The notes: generated by a model not told the origin, from the sequence alone. Shown: positions 47,111-59,931, counted from the whole stretch's first letter. The stretch is 62,296 bases of DNA, filler included, from Globobulimina sp. (GCA_003354225.1; 36 parts of 36 records of this genome joined end to end with filler, not necessarily neighbours in it); one strand, 5' to 3'. A program made the numbers and translations.

Positions 47111-48440
47111 ATGATGGATACTGTGGATATATTGCATACTTCCGATAAAAAATCCAATACATTAATTTGCTGGGAATATGAGCAAGCCATTCCAACTCAA
47201 TTTAAAGACATTGATAAAATGAATTATGCGCATTTAAGTTGCCTTCAAGAGCATCCATCCAATGTTAAAATGGAACTAATAAATGTGAAATCGTGGAATA
47301 AAAATGTATTACGAATTAAAAGTGACAATAAAAAACAATTATCAGCACTCAAACATAGCATGACCCAAAAGTTTAAATATGTAACGTACCAACGCCAAGA
47401 AAATGGCAAGCACAATAAATTGGTTTATAATGCAGAGAATCATAATAATGCCGAGAACAAAAGTGATTTTTATAGCAATTATTCAGATGATGCAGATGAA
47501 GATAGTGAGCATTCGGCATCTCACAAAACCAAACGATATAAAAAAAGTCCAAAAAAAATAAGAAAGGAGAGAGAAATCAGAGAACACAAAAAGAAAAAAC
47601 CAGTTAAGTTAATTTTGAGTGCTTGGTTTGAAAACTTTGACCAAACAAAATGACAGACACCGCCACTTCCCGCCACTCCTTCCAGTCAATCCTATTCCGG
47701 TTCACCTAAATCCAATTCGATACAAACCGTTCCTTCACATTTTGCGCCACCGCCAAACTTTGCAATTGATGATTACGACCCATCTCATAACCATATCATT
47801 AACGAGAAACATTCTTCGCCGCCAAAACCAAGCCTTAATTTCCAACAACAAATTGAGCCAAATCTACAAAAACAGCAACCGCAAATTGTAGAAAATAAAG
47901 AAAATAAAGAAAATAAAGGAAATAAAGAAAAAGAAATGCGACCATCATTACCCGTGTTTGATTTCGGAGTTGGTATTCAATACAATGATGATGGCGTATC
48001 AGAGAATAAATCGTCAATGGATTCTTTTGAAACTAATCCACATTTTGTTGACAATCAATATTTAAGCAGTCCTCCACCGATACCTATAAAATATAAAAAA
48101 CCCCAAAACCGTTACAATAAATATAGTAACAACCGATATAATAATAATAATCATCATGATAATAAATATAATAATAATAAATTTAATAACAACAACGTTA
48201 ACAGATATAATAACAATAATAATTATAATAAATATAGTTATAATAACAACAATAAATTAAATAACAATAATAATAAGCATGATATCAATAACAACAACAA
48301 TAATTACAATAAACCGCAAAACAAAAAAGCGCGCAGTGGGCCAGTATTAAGTGGATTATTTGGTGATTGTCAATCCCATGACGAATATTTAACATTTCAT
48401 ACAAATGCTCGTCGTCAATACTCGGAAAAATTAAAAACAT
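47111..48440 (+). CDS. Asn-rich low-complexity hypothetical protein, 3'-partial; intron 47603-47656
   Basis: Removing the 54-nt intron (which holds the TGA) joins ORF 47111 to ORF 47936 in one frame. Confidence 0.7.
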
Positions 48441-48540
48441 NNNNNNNNNNNNNNNNNNNNNNNNNNNNNNNNNNNNNNNNNNNNTTAATTAATTAANNNN
48501 NNNNNNNNNNNNNNNNNNNNNNNNNNNNNNNNNNNNNNNN

Positions 48541-50172
48541 GTGAATAAGCATTTTATAAATGTGCAGGATGTGTTTGCTGAGATGGAGAGGGAGAACGAA
48601 CAATACATATTTGATTTGAATGACGAGATGAAAAATCGTGAGACGGAGTGCAGTGAATATGAGAGGAAGTACGAAAAAGCCAATAAAGAGTTGCGACATT
48701 CGCAGAAAACGGTGTTTGAGTTTAAAGAATATATTCGAAAGTTGGAGGACACCAAACGAAGAATGAATGTGTCATTTAGGTATAATCAGGATTTTGTGTT
48801 ACATTATGGAGCTACTTTTAGTTTGAAACTGACCAAAATCACTCGAATTAGTTTCAAACTCAGACTGAGAAACAAATTTCGATCAGTTTGAAACTGAGAA
48901 ACATTTCGTTATTGTTTCTCAATTTTAAACTGAAACATTTTTGCTATTTGGAATATATATGATTTGTTTGTATTTTGTAATAGCAAGAAATCAGAGACCA
49001 GCAAAGATTTAAAATTAGAAAAAGAAATGTTGGTACGATGTAATGTAGAATTGCTGGACCGGATAAATAATATCAAAAAGGAATTGATTCATTATACAAA
49101 CATCGCAGCCAAAGGTTTCAGTGATTCTATATATTGCGAGATATTAAAACAACATATTCCCGGCCAAATAAAATGCGATTATGGCTGTATGGAATTGTTG
49201 GGATTCTTACAACGCATCTCCTTCAAAGCACAATTTGCGAAGAAAATATTAGATTCTTTTTACATTTCGTTTGAACGGCAAGAAAACACCATGTTAGGCG
49301 TGCAAATGTTTGGCGATAATATAGATATTCGCGATACATATAAGGTGCTAGAAATATGTCCAATGTTAGTCAAACATGATAGGTTCATCGATTGTGTGTT
49401 TCGTGGACTAATCACGGCGTATAATATGGAGAAATTCAATGACAGCATCAATGACTCTGCGCGATTACTAGATATCGAAGAGAAATATAATAAGTTATTA
49501 CAATCTGCGTCGAGTAATAACATTCGTGGCGGTGACACATCAGTGTCTATATCGGATATATTTAGCTGTAATGATCTATTTCGTTCGTTTATTTGTAAAC
49601 ATTTCCCGCATGTATGTATGAAATATTTTGATTGATCAGACTTTCAGTTTCAAAGTGAAGAATAGACGTTTATGTATTGATATTTTTCAGTTTTGAAACT
49701 GGAATCAAGTGTTTTTCAGTTGTGCCAAGCTGCCATGACATGAGGACTTAAGGTTTTCACTTTTCAGTGAAAATAATGTTGAGCATGGCACCCATGAAAA
49801 ATGGGACACAGTCACTCATAAATTCCATACATTCTAAACAGTTGAATCCAGAACAAAAATATCGACCAAAAGAGAAGATTGACAAATGGGCAGTGTATCA
49901 GGTTGTGCAAGAGTTGAAATATAATTTATATAACATGCAGTTGAAAACCAATCAAATGAATGATATGATAATTGCAGAGAATGAGGATGGTGATGATGAT
50001 GACGACCATGGTGATGATGGGGAGCGTGGTGGAAAGCGGATGTGTATGGTTGGGGTGTTGCAAAAAATGGAAGAATATCAGGCCTATTTAACACAAATAA
50101 TCCGACGAGCATTGCAGCACTGTGAGCCAGTGAGGTGTATGAATTTTGGTAAGCGGCATAATGTAAATATGA
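48541..50172 (+). CDS. Dynactin p150Glued-like coiled-coil protein, partial; introns 48780-48983 and 49612-49841
   Basis: Coiled coil (QKTVFEFKEYIRKLE) followed by HIPGQIKCDYGCMELLGFLQRISFKA, resembling the dynactin domain by eye. Confidence 0.55.
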
Positions 50173-50272
50173 NNNNNNNNNNNNNNNNNNNNNNNNNNNN
50201 NNNNNNNNNNNNNNNNTTAATTAATTAANNNNNNNNNNNNNNNNNNNNNNNNNNNNNNNNNNNNNNNNNNNN

Positions 50273-51904
50273 CAAATGTATCATATTATACACAACCGCA
50301 GCAACAACAACAATCACATATTATTCCGAGAGCTATGGTAAACGGACAACCACCACAAACCCAACAACAGTCACAGTCACATTCACATTCACAATCAATG
50401 TCACCCCATATAGCCTTGCAACGCAATCGATCATTGTCATTAAATCCCGACGAGAGACAAATACGTCCAATGAAGCGAAATTATAATACAGTCGCAATTG
50501 ATGCGTCCAATGAAAATGTAAAGGCAAACCCTTTTGGTGATGATAATAACATTAAGATGCTAGAAAATGAAAATGAAAATACAATGCCATTGGCAGCGGC
50601 AGAGCCAGAGACGGAGGCAAATGATGGACAACGACCCCGACCGCCGGCATTAAAAGCATCCGTTAAAAATGGATCGGAAAAATCGATAGAAATGTTTGGC
50701 GAATATACAATCTGTTTATTACATTCACGAAATTGGAATCACAGAGATGAGGGATTAAAAAAAATGATGACATTTTTAAATAAGAGAGAACATCCCGATG
50801 GCCGACAAGTATTCAGATTGACGGCAAAGACCATCCATTCATTGTTACAGGATCGCGTCGCTGGCGTTGTATTGTCAGCCATTGATACATTAAATGCATT
50901 GGTAAATGTGTACGATGGCGAGAATGATAACAGTATTTCTGGCGAGGAGTGCTGCAAATCCTTGCATTCCATCATTCAAATATTAGTAAACATATTAGGT
51001 AATAATAACAGTCGATTGATTGATGGCAGTGGCTCGATATTAATATCATTGTGCCACCACAATGAGTTGTTGTGCCGATCAGTATTTCAAGTGTTAGTTA
51101 AGAGAATGAAGAAAATATTGCCCGGGCATTTGCGTGGAAGAGGACTTATTTTGTTGCAATTAATTCCGCAGTTTAATATTCCAAAAGGCATCGATGTACA
51201 CATGATGATGGACAATTTGATCCAGCCGCAATTGCTGAATAAGAATGGTGATATTCGTGATATTGGCATCCAAATTACGTGTTTAATATACCAAATTGGG
51301 GATATTCGAAATAAGATCGTACATTATTTAGAAAAAGCAAATTTAAATGATTTTATTAAAGAGTCTTTGAACAAAGCATTTAAACAAGTTTCTGGTAATT
51401 GTAATGTATTGGAGAGAGAGGCAAAATCCATCAAAGAACAATCGCGTCCGTCAAAAACTATGAATCAAACCAAACCGAAACCAAATAATAGAAAACCAGC
51501 ACCGAAGAAAAGGAAAAAGAAAAAAATAACCAAAAAAAATGTAAATATGGATGACCATAATAAGCAGCAACAGCCACAAGAACCAGAGGCAGAGCCAGAA
51601 GAAGAAGAAGAGGACGTTTGTAATTTTTGTGGTTTACGGGATATTTCTTTTATTGAAAATGAAGAAAATTTAGATTTGCATTATTGGCAAAGTTGCCCAA
51701 TGCTGACCAGTTGTAAATTATGCGAACAGGTGATTGAAATTGCAACATTGCATGAACATATTTTGACGGAATGTGAATCTGGAGTCAAACATGAATTATG
51801 CAATAAATGTAATATTCCATATGAAATAAATCACCAACATCAATGTCCAGATAACATCAATTTATCGCTACCGTTGTGTCCATTATGTTTAAATAATATC
51901 AATT
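50273..51904 (+). CDS. CEP104: Centrosomal protein CEP104, C-terminal TOG domain plus zinc fingers, partial
   Basis: FGEYTICLLHSRNWNHRDEGL (TOG) and CNFCG...LDLHYWQSCPMLTSCKLCEQVIEIATLHEHILTEC. Confidence 0.9.
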
Positions 51905-52314
51905 NNNNNNNNNNNNNNNNNNNNNNNNNNNNNNNNNNNNNNNNNNNNTTAATTAATTAANNNNNNNNNNNNNNNNNNNNNNNNNNNNNNNNNNNNNNNN
52001 NNNNTTTAATTTTTCAATTTAAATTAAGCTGCAAACATTACACGCTCTTACATTTTTTTAATACTTTTGGAAACAAAAAAAATAAAGAAAAATAATTTAC
52101 ATAATTAAGCATTGTCAGACATATAAGTCTCACAACTACAATGCAAATGTGTTGTTTCTGTCGATGGTGAATGTGTTGTTTCTGGTAATTTTTGATACGT
52201 ATTAATACTATCGGCCATTCTGGCGTTTTTCATGATTTTACACTCTGATACAATGCTGCGAAATAACACAAAAAACAGACAAAAGATGCCAATTGATTAA
52301 ATAATGCTGCAATT

Positions 52315-53057
52315 TTAATACTGGCACTGTCTTTTTCTTCTAAATGAGAAGTAGTTGCATGACACCTTAACAACAACTTCTTCATAAAACTCAAATGAAC
52401 AGCCATCAACTTCCCGTTTTGATAAGCTATACATTGCACAAAAACCATCATTTAATATGATGCCTGTTCCAAATTCAGCAGAAGCACTATATCGGCCACA
52501 TTACTACTATGTATGAATAATTTTAAAAACATAAAGAAATACATACGCGACAATGACATCAACCCCACAGTTCCCATCATAAAAAGTGTCGTTGACATCA
52601 TGATATACACCAAATGGTCCAATTTAACGCAGCTCGTGGTACTGTTACCAAATCAGATCGTATGTCACCAAAATAACACCGTAAGACTGTGATTGATGAG
52701 GAGGCAAAGATTGAAGGCAAAGATTGAAGAGGAGCAATTGCTCCTGGACCTGGACCTGCTGCTGAAGCATATCCACTTCTTGCTGAAGCTGTGAACGCTG
52801 GGATTAATGTACAGTTAACAGTCGATACCACTGCAGCAATTGAGGCGGTGCCAGAGCTGTCTTGATTGAACATATTGTAAATTTGTGTTGCAATCAATAC
52901 CCATCGTATTGGAAACAAATAGGAAAATGATTGTGTCATTGGTTTCTTGAGGAAAATCGACCCATTTACCTTGTTTATAATTGAAAACAGCAAAGAGTGC
53001 TAATATTAATACACTGACAGTAATGCACCAATAGCCTCTGACATCAAAGTACGCCAT
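52315..53057 (-). pseudogene. Small signal-anchored hypothetical protein; introns 52861-52969 and 52487-52546; one apparent 1-nt insertion near 52621
   Basis: The spliced model reads through only if one T is removed (LN-GPFGVY). Confidence 0.4.
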
Positions 53058-53141
53058 TTGTTGCTATGACTTAAGTTGCTGTACGTAAAGAGTTTTTTCT
53101 TTTGGTTGTAACATCGTTTCTGATCGTTTCTGATCGTATCT

Positions 53142-53636
53142 AAATGGAAGTGTAACGATAAGAATTTGTCTGATTTCTTAGAACTATTATCCTACGAATT
53201 TATGGATAATTATATCCGCCAATATGTAGTGCCGAAACTGGACCAAATGACCGACGACGACCTACAGATTTACTTATATCTCCTTTAAATTTCACTTTGT
53301 GCGCTTTCCGTTGATTGACGACTGTAATATATTACGCAAAGGCCAGTATTCGTTGAATCTGTGGCCCATTCCATTGTTTGTGAGCTATTACAAAGGACCC
53401 AAATGTGACGCATTCGCAGATTTATCCTTCAAATACACAGGTAATACACAGGTAATTTTTTTTATTTTTATATTATGCTATTTTTATGTGACAGGAACTA
53501 CGGTGGATAGATACTTCAAAAAGTTCAAAGATAACAAAAAAAAAGAATTGCAAAACGTGTTCAAATTAGGGATCGAATTTAAGGAATATAACAACGGTGA
53601 GACCATCATCGCGTTGCCGTTGAATCATAGGTTTGA
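53142..53636 (+). pseudogene. Phosphoinositide 3-kinase fragments (helical/PIK piece followed by a C2 piece)
   Basis: FLELLSYEFMDNYIRQYVVPKLDQMTDDDLQIYL (PIK), then a stop, then VRFPLIDDCNILRKGQYSLNLWP (C2-PI3K). Confidence 0.6.
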
Positions 53637-53785
53637 NNNNNNNNNNNNNNNNNNNNNNNNNNNNNNNNNNNNNNNNNNNNTTAATTAATTAANNNNNNNN
53701 NNNNNNNNNNNNNNNNNNNNNNNNNNNNNNNNNNNNAAAACAAAGTGTTTGATAATATATATAACGATTTGTTGACATAACACAT

Positions 53786-55368
53786 TCATGGGACAAAATT
53801 ACACAATTTTCGGATATTACATACGGTTTGGTTTAGATGTTGCAGAGCACTGTGATTTCCATTGCTTGCTGGCGAGAAAAAATCCGCAAACACTTCATTC
53901 ATTATGGCTGCATCAATCAGCTCCTTGCTACTGATTATCGGCAAAGATTTACATCGTTGCTCTGAATGTTTGACCATATTATTATTCACTTCGCATGGCG
54001 TAATATCATCATCCTCCACACATTCTTGTTTCTCTTCTGCATCATGCAACTCTTCGCGACCATCAATATCCATCACATTCATATCCTTAATCTGCGCGCA
54101 ATTTACATTCAGAGTTTGTTTTTGCTGCTTATTATTACTATGATGCATCAGCGGAGTATTAAAAGCATTGTCGCACTGCTTCGGTGTAAATATTTGTGAC
54201 GGTGTAATATCACAAAACGATCGCTTTTTCGGTGTAAATTTCTTTTGCTCCAACAACCTGTCATTGTGCGTATTTAATAAATTTGACGGTATCTCTTTAA
54301 TCGCTAACTGTGTATATGGCCGTTGTGTATGTAAATTATTATGAAATAATCCATCAATTCTTCCTTTCGACTTCTTCCGTACATTACTTTTGTAGCCATG
54401 GTTTTGGTTATATTGTGTTGGTGTTATGTCCGCATTTGAAGCCTTTTGAAAGCCAATCTCTGTCATTGCATTATCCCTTTTCTCCAAACGCTTTTGCAAC
54501 GTTTCAGCTTTAACCTGCACAAATTTATTCGCACAATATACCAATTTCATACCCAATCGAGGGTCGATTCCATCCCTCCTGCGATTGGAGTGTTGTTTCA
54601 GTTGAAAGGGCGTCGATTCAGATAGCATGCTTTGTATATCGTCTTTATTCTGCTTTGCCAACTTCTCCACAGTGGTAATCTCGTTGTCATACAAGACTCT
54701 GGCAATGGTTTTGGTCATTATGCCGTGTCCCAATTTGAAAAATGGTTTCAATTTCTTCTCTTCGTGTTTGCTAATGAAACCAAAGCGTACTCTCTCCTGA
54801 TATTCGGAGACTAATATCCGCAGTTCCCACCAATTTAACTTCTCGCAAAATATATTCACCATACCGGCAAAGGTAGAGACGCCGGCTTGTATGGACTGGA
54901 CCACTCCGTGATCGACACCAAATTTGTGTGCAATTTGCATGGAGGATATCTCCAGAACGATGTCGCAAATTATCAACGCGGCCCAGAGGCGTTGGGCAAT
55001 GACCACTTTGTGGTCAAAGGTCAATCCATTTGCATCCACTCTGGGCTTTAATACTTTTTTATTTCCATTATTTTTGTGCTCATCGTCCATTTTAAGCGAC
55101 TTGTCATTGTATTGTCGCACTCTCTCTTTCACTTTGCTTATGGAAGGGTTTCCTGTATGACACAACGTATTAAAAAACGCGACATCCAAACCCAACAATT
55201 TCACCACCTCTCTGCGAGTACCGTCCATTCGCTCATACACTTCGATCAAATTCTGCCACGGCGGAGTTATGTAACACGGCAACGGCGTGATATGCCACAA
55301 AATATGCAAAGCATCGACAATTACCATCTCCTTTTTCGTCATTGACAAATCGCGATACAATCTGATGG
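53786..55368 (-). CDS. HELQ/POLQ-type Ski2-like helicase, C-terminal part
   Basis: LHILWHITP, RLWAALIICDIVLE, IAHKFGVDHGVVQSIQAGVSTFAGMVNIFCEKLNW and YQERVRFG, then an HhH-like segment. Confidence 0.88.
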
Positions 55369-55468
55369 NNNNNNNNNNNNNNNNNNNNNNNNNNNNNNNN
55401 NNNNNNNNNNNNTTAATTAATTAANNNNNNNNNNNNNNNNNNNNNNNNNNNNNNNNNNNNNNNNNNNN

Positions 55469-55700
55469 TTGGGTTAAGTACTCTAACTTAGAGTTAAATA
55501 CCAGACAGATTAAAGTATTAAACAAGTTGTTAGATACTGGAAAAAGTAACCTTGTAGGTGGATTAACCACACGAAAATACATGGGTATTACTAAAACTAG
55601 TAGAATGACTGCTGTTCGTGAAATTAAAGATCTTTTAAGTAAAGGAACTTTGATTAAAAATGAAGGTAAAGGTAGAAGTGTTAGCTATGATATCGATTAT
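55469..55700 (+). CDS. Bacterial Fic-family protein C-terminal winged-helix fragment
   Basis: LNTRQIKVLNKLLD...GGLTTRKYMGITKTSRMTAVREIKDLLSKG...GKGRSVSY. Confidence 0.8.
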
Positions 55701-55779
55701 GCAAACAACTATAACTTGGAATATATGCGACAAGTAAATAAAACACAAACACATTATTATGTATATATTACACAGTGAT

Positions 55780-56755
55780 TTACCGTGTGAATGCCACAAT
55801 GTTTGCAATTGTACTGTTCAATTCATGCTTAACCACATTGCTTTTATCATTCCCAGAGAACATTTGTTTTACAGTCCGAAATATCGATAGTGATAATACC
55901 AAAATGATTGCCCAAATAACACAATTCATAGCACCCAATATGGCAGACACTGGCAACCCACTCAAGAAGCAAGTGATTGTAAAAAATATTCCAGCGCATG
56001 GATACCATGGACAGCCGCTTAAAACCACCACAGTAAACAGCATATGACAGGCAAATGCGACTACAAATACCAACCAATTCTTTGTTGTAAATCGCTGTGC
56101 AATGCGATATAAATTCATATACCACAATAAAAATCCAACAGGAGCTGAGATAACGACCCATATCAATGATGTAAACATCGCCTGGTTGCTCGCTAAACCA
56201 GATTCGTAATAATTGTCATGGAATGCAGCAAATCCAACGGTGACCATATTCAAAATAGAAGCGCATACCGTTAACTTCCATGTGGTGTAACCTGTGTACA
56301 TTAAATCTTTTATATTTTCGGGAATATCTTTCTCAATGTCATGGTATAAATATGCTGCATAGTTTGGATGCGGCCAATTTGCTTCTTTGCTAATGTTATT
56401 TGTTGACATTTCTCCGGCTGAATCTCCGTATTTTGCTCTTAACATTTGTTCCCTACATTTATTTTGTACATTGTTGGGTTATGGAATTGTGATATAAGTT
56501 AGAGATAACATACATTTGTTGTAATTTAATTTCTTTTTCTTTTAATTGTTGTTCTTTGGCAGATAATGAATATGGTGGTATTGTGGTTGATGTACTCGAG
56601 TCTGCCCCAATTTGGCCATCTTGCTGTGATTGAAGTTCGTTAATGTCTAAAGACACAAATTGAGTGTCTGATAACTGTGATTCTTGAGATCTAACATCAG
56701 TTTGCATTTCTTGAATGGAAATTAAGTGTACTGGTTCTTTGTGAGTGCCGTTCAT
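55780..56755 (-). CDS. SCAMP: Secretory carrier membrane protein; intron 56453-56513
   Basis: Coiled coil, ANWP...YHDIEKDIP, four TM helices and the FLLWYMNLYR E-peptide-like motif. Confidence 0.88.
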
Positions 56756-57274
56756 ATCAGCTGAGGGTGTTTGGATTGTGGTGATTGGTGAATTGTAGAT
56801 TACAAAAATGTACACAACAATGTGATTATGAGTGAATAAAAAGTGAATAAAATTCTCATAATCGCTTGTTTGGGTTGATATGCAATTAATTTGTTGCAGC
56901 TACATTCCCATAATTGGATTAAAAACTCACTGTAATAATGGCATAATTTGTCGAATCCAAAATGAGTTGCAATTGATATCATTACCAAAATAGGTTTACA
57001 ATTCCGATATATAGTTGTTTAAGAGCATATCCCATACAAGCGTTTGCCGAATCCCCTTGGCGATGGGTGACCCACATTTTACGATCTAGAATTTTTTTGG
57101 NNNNNNNNNNNNNNNNNNNNNNNNNNNNNNNNNNNNNNNNNNNNTTAATTAATTAANNNNNNNNNNNNNNNNNNNNNNNNNNNNNNNNNNNNNNNNNNNN
57201 AATTGAGCTAGGTGTCCATTTTTCTTATTTGTAGCATTTTCCATTTTTGAAAAAGTAAATCTGGAGAGGCGATT

Positions 57275-57367
57275 TTTAGATTGCTTTAAATCGGTTTCAT
57301 ATGAATTTAATACTAAATTCGGTTAAATTCATTAATGGGAAACCGATTTAAAGTTGGCAAACTAAAG
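57275..57367. repeat. Nested inverted repeat (fold-back)
   Basis: CTTTAAATCGGTTTC (57284-57298) pairs perfectly with GAAACCGATTTAAAG (57339-57353); inner perfect 10-bp ATGAATTTAA/TTAAATTCAT. Confidence 0.85.
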
Positions 57368-57538
57368 CGGAAGTGACATGTAATTGAACTTTTAAGTTAT
57401 AGCTCACAGAAAAAAGTTAGTTAGCAGGAGTCTAATGGATATGTAAAAATATTTTTGTCCTCCAGATGAATCTGAAACCCTTCATTGATTTTTTGATTTT
57501 TTTTATTCAGAAAAATTATTTTTTTTATTCAGAGGTCT

Positions 57539-57636
57539 CATGTACCTCCATGTACCTCTCATGTACTTCATGTACCTCCATGTACCTCCATGTACCTTCA
57601 TGTACTCCATGTACCTCTCATGTACCTCATGTACTT
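57539..57636. repeat. Minisatellite, 10 copies of a 9-11 bp CATGTACCTC unit
   Basis: Directly visible tandem array. Confidence 0.95.
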
Positions 57637-58932
57637 GTAAGAAACTTTCACACTAATTACAGAAGGGCTTTAGCAGCAAGCGTTCTAAAAAGTGATTCAC
57701 GTCCCTTCTAAACATCTATCAAGATATACATATCCAAAAATTCATTTCAAAATTACCTCTTACATAAAATTATTATACTCATAAATAACAATAAAAAGCA
57801 TGGGGAATCCACAATACAGCATAATATATATATATTCTTGCATGTTATATAATTGTTTGTTTATATTATGAAAAATATATACAGTATGTTTTTTTATATA
57901 AAATTGCAAAAGTATACAAACATATACAACAGCAACAGAAACACAAACACAAACACAAATAATAAAAGGTGATGATCGGGATTTGAACCCAAATCTTATA
58001 CTATTCCACCACATGAGATCGCACACCAAATCTCTTTTATTTTTTGTGTTTTTTGTTTTTATGGCGCACCGTTTTTATGATGCCACCATAAAATGATATC
58101 TAAATCTTCATCATTTTTCTCATTTTGTTGTTGATTTAAATATGTATTGGCATTATTTGCATTTCTTTTATTTTATTTATTTGTTTATTCACGTAATGTA
58201 AACACAAAAAATAGTTACAATAAAATAATTGATTAATATATCTTAATATAGTTTTGTTTTTGCAGTGTGATGGAAAGACATAATTTCTGTTGGATGCTAA
58301 TGTGAAACACGAACATATGCAATTTATCATTATATTAATATTAGCGATAAACCACATACAGTCCGGCGTATTCTGTGCGAAATAAATAAAATGAAGATAT
58401 TGTAAATAATGGCGGTAAAAATGTATCAAATTTACATTGTTCGTCGACTAAATTGCCACGAAAATATAGCGAAATTGTGATTGAATGGGTTACAAAATAC
58501 AAAAATAAATAAGTGGGTATTGCTTTTTTCATAATAAATGGCGTTTTTAGTTTGGACTTTGGATACAGACATTATACTCATTTCATATAATAATTCGTGT
58601 TTAAATGTACAAAATGATATATCAGAATGATTTAGAACTATAATCAGAAAATCTATGTTGTAAATATTTATGTTAAAACAGCTCGTTCTAATAATAGCGT
58701 TTTGATTTTGAGATTATTGGATTGGATATTTTATATTTGGTGAATGGCGTGGTGTATTCTGTTAATTTTAATAATTTTAAATCTTATATTCCTTTTCATC
58801 CATTCCAATATGCTCCACACGACGTCCAATGGNNNNNNNNNNNNNNNNNNNNNNNNNNNNNNNNNNNNNNNNNNNNTTAATTAATTAANNNNNNNNNNNN
58901 NNNNNNNNNNNNNNNNNNNNNNNNNNNNNNNN

Positions 58933-59931
58933 GAGCACCATGGCATCAACAAAACCGCCTATTTATACCCTCGCACGTTCACACCCGACGATCCCTCCTC
59001 TTCTGTACACCAATACGGCCCAGATTTAGCCGTCAAAATCACATTATACCCAAAATACGCACATATCACATCGATGAACGACAAAAAATCTTATAACATC
59101 AGCACAAGTCCGACGTTTAAGATAATGGACGAATATTACACACCGCAATTGCACGGCGGCCACGATCCATACAAGCATATCATCGATGATTACGAACTAA
59201 TCAAACAGTGCAAAGGCGGGGCCATATCTGTGAGCAAAAACGCGTACAAACACATTGATAAACGCATTGGCGGCAATCGCTTATCTTTGCAAGAGTTTAA
59301 GCACAAAATCAGGAAATATAGCGGTGGCAAACACGACCGGCAACACAATGCGATGAAATTTACCAATTATCGCTGCGTCGATATCTGTAAACGACTGAAT
59401 GGAATCAATAGTAAGCCGCCGGGCAAACATTGCATTCAATGCCGTTTATCATTGCAAGTGGTCCCATTGTTTTGTATCGGTGAAGGCGTCATATTTGTGG
59501 TGAATGACGGCGAGAAGCGCAAATACCGCGTTTATATCTATATCATTGCATTGTTGTGCGAGAATTATCCGATTTGTACGTTTCCGCGTTGCCGCAAAGG
59601 GTTTGATAAATATTGGGTGAAATGTGCGTGGTTCAATGATATCAATGGTAAGGAATATAAGCGACGCATGGAAAGGGGGCAAAGATTAAAGTCAAAGGCC
59701 AGGAAAAAACGTAAATATGTGGCTGTGGAGAATAAGGACATTGACAGTGTGGGTTTAAGTGATGTTTTGTGTGACGGTGCGGCCGAACCGGCGGTGAAGA
59801 AACAGAGAGTTGATATGGATATTAATATTAATATGGATGATATGGAACATGTAGAACCGGCACAGGTTGTACCAGAAAAATATTGTATGGAGGCGTATGG
59901 CAACGGATTGCTTAATTTGCCGATGATTTGA
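58933..59931 (+). CDS. Cys-rich basic hypothetical protein, 5'-partial
   Basis: Frame open from the contig edge; CIQC...CENYPICTFPRC motifs and an NLS-like KARKKRK. Confidence 0.65.
   Translation, partial: EHHGINKTAYLYPRTFTPDDPSSSVHQYGPDLAVKITLYPKYAHITSMNDKKSYNISTSPTFKIMDEYYTPQLHGGHDPYKHIIDDYELIKQCKGGAISVSKNAYKHIDKRIGGNRLSLQEFKHKIRKYSGGKHDRQHNAMKFTNYRCVDICKRLNGINSKPPGKHCIQCRLSLQVVPLFCIGEGVIFVVNDGEKRKYRVYIYIIALLCENYPICTFPRCRKGFDKYWVKCAWFNDINGKEYKRRMERGQRLKSKARKKRKYVAVENKDIDSVGLSDVLCDGAAEPAVKKQRVDMDININMDDMEHVEPAQVVPEKYCMEAYGNGLLNLPMI

Noticed and set aside
47640-47660. In-frame TGA read-through or an alternative genetic code
   Set aside because: The TGA lies in a 54-nt GT-AG intron. Conserved genes (UTP15, TM9SF, CEP104) translate without internal stops, and genes end in TAA, TAG or TGA.
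48110-48315. AAT/AAC-rich tract as a non-coding satellite
   Set aside because: It is an in-frame poly-Asn coding region, common in AT-rich protists.
52553-52601. 11-bp G-U-containing hairpin (ATGATGTCAAC/GTTGATGTCAT, minus strand) as another structured intron
   Set aside because: The better gene model puts it in an exon (GVYHDVNDTFYDGNCGVDVIV). It shows such stems can arise by chance, which is why shuffled controls are needed for the intron finding.
57968-58027. tRNA gene on the minus strand (GGGTTCAAATCCC T-arm/B-box)
   Set aside because: Only ~60 nt, with no convincing D-arm or anticodon arm; at most a tRNA-derived relic.
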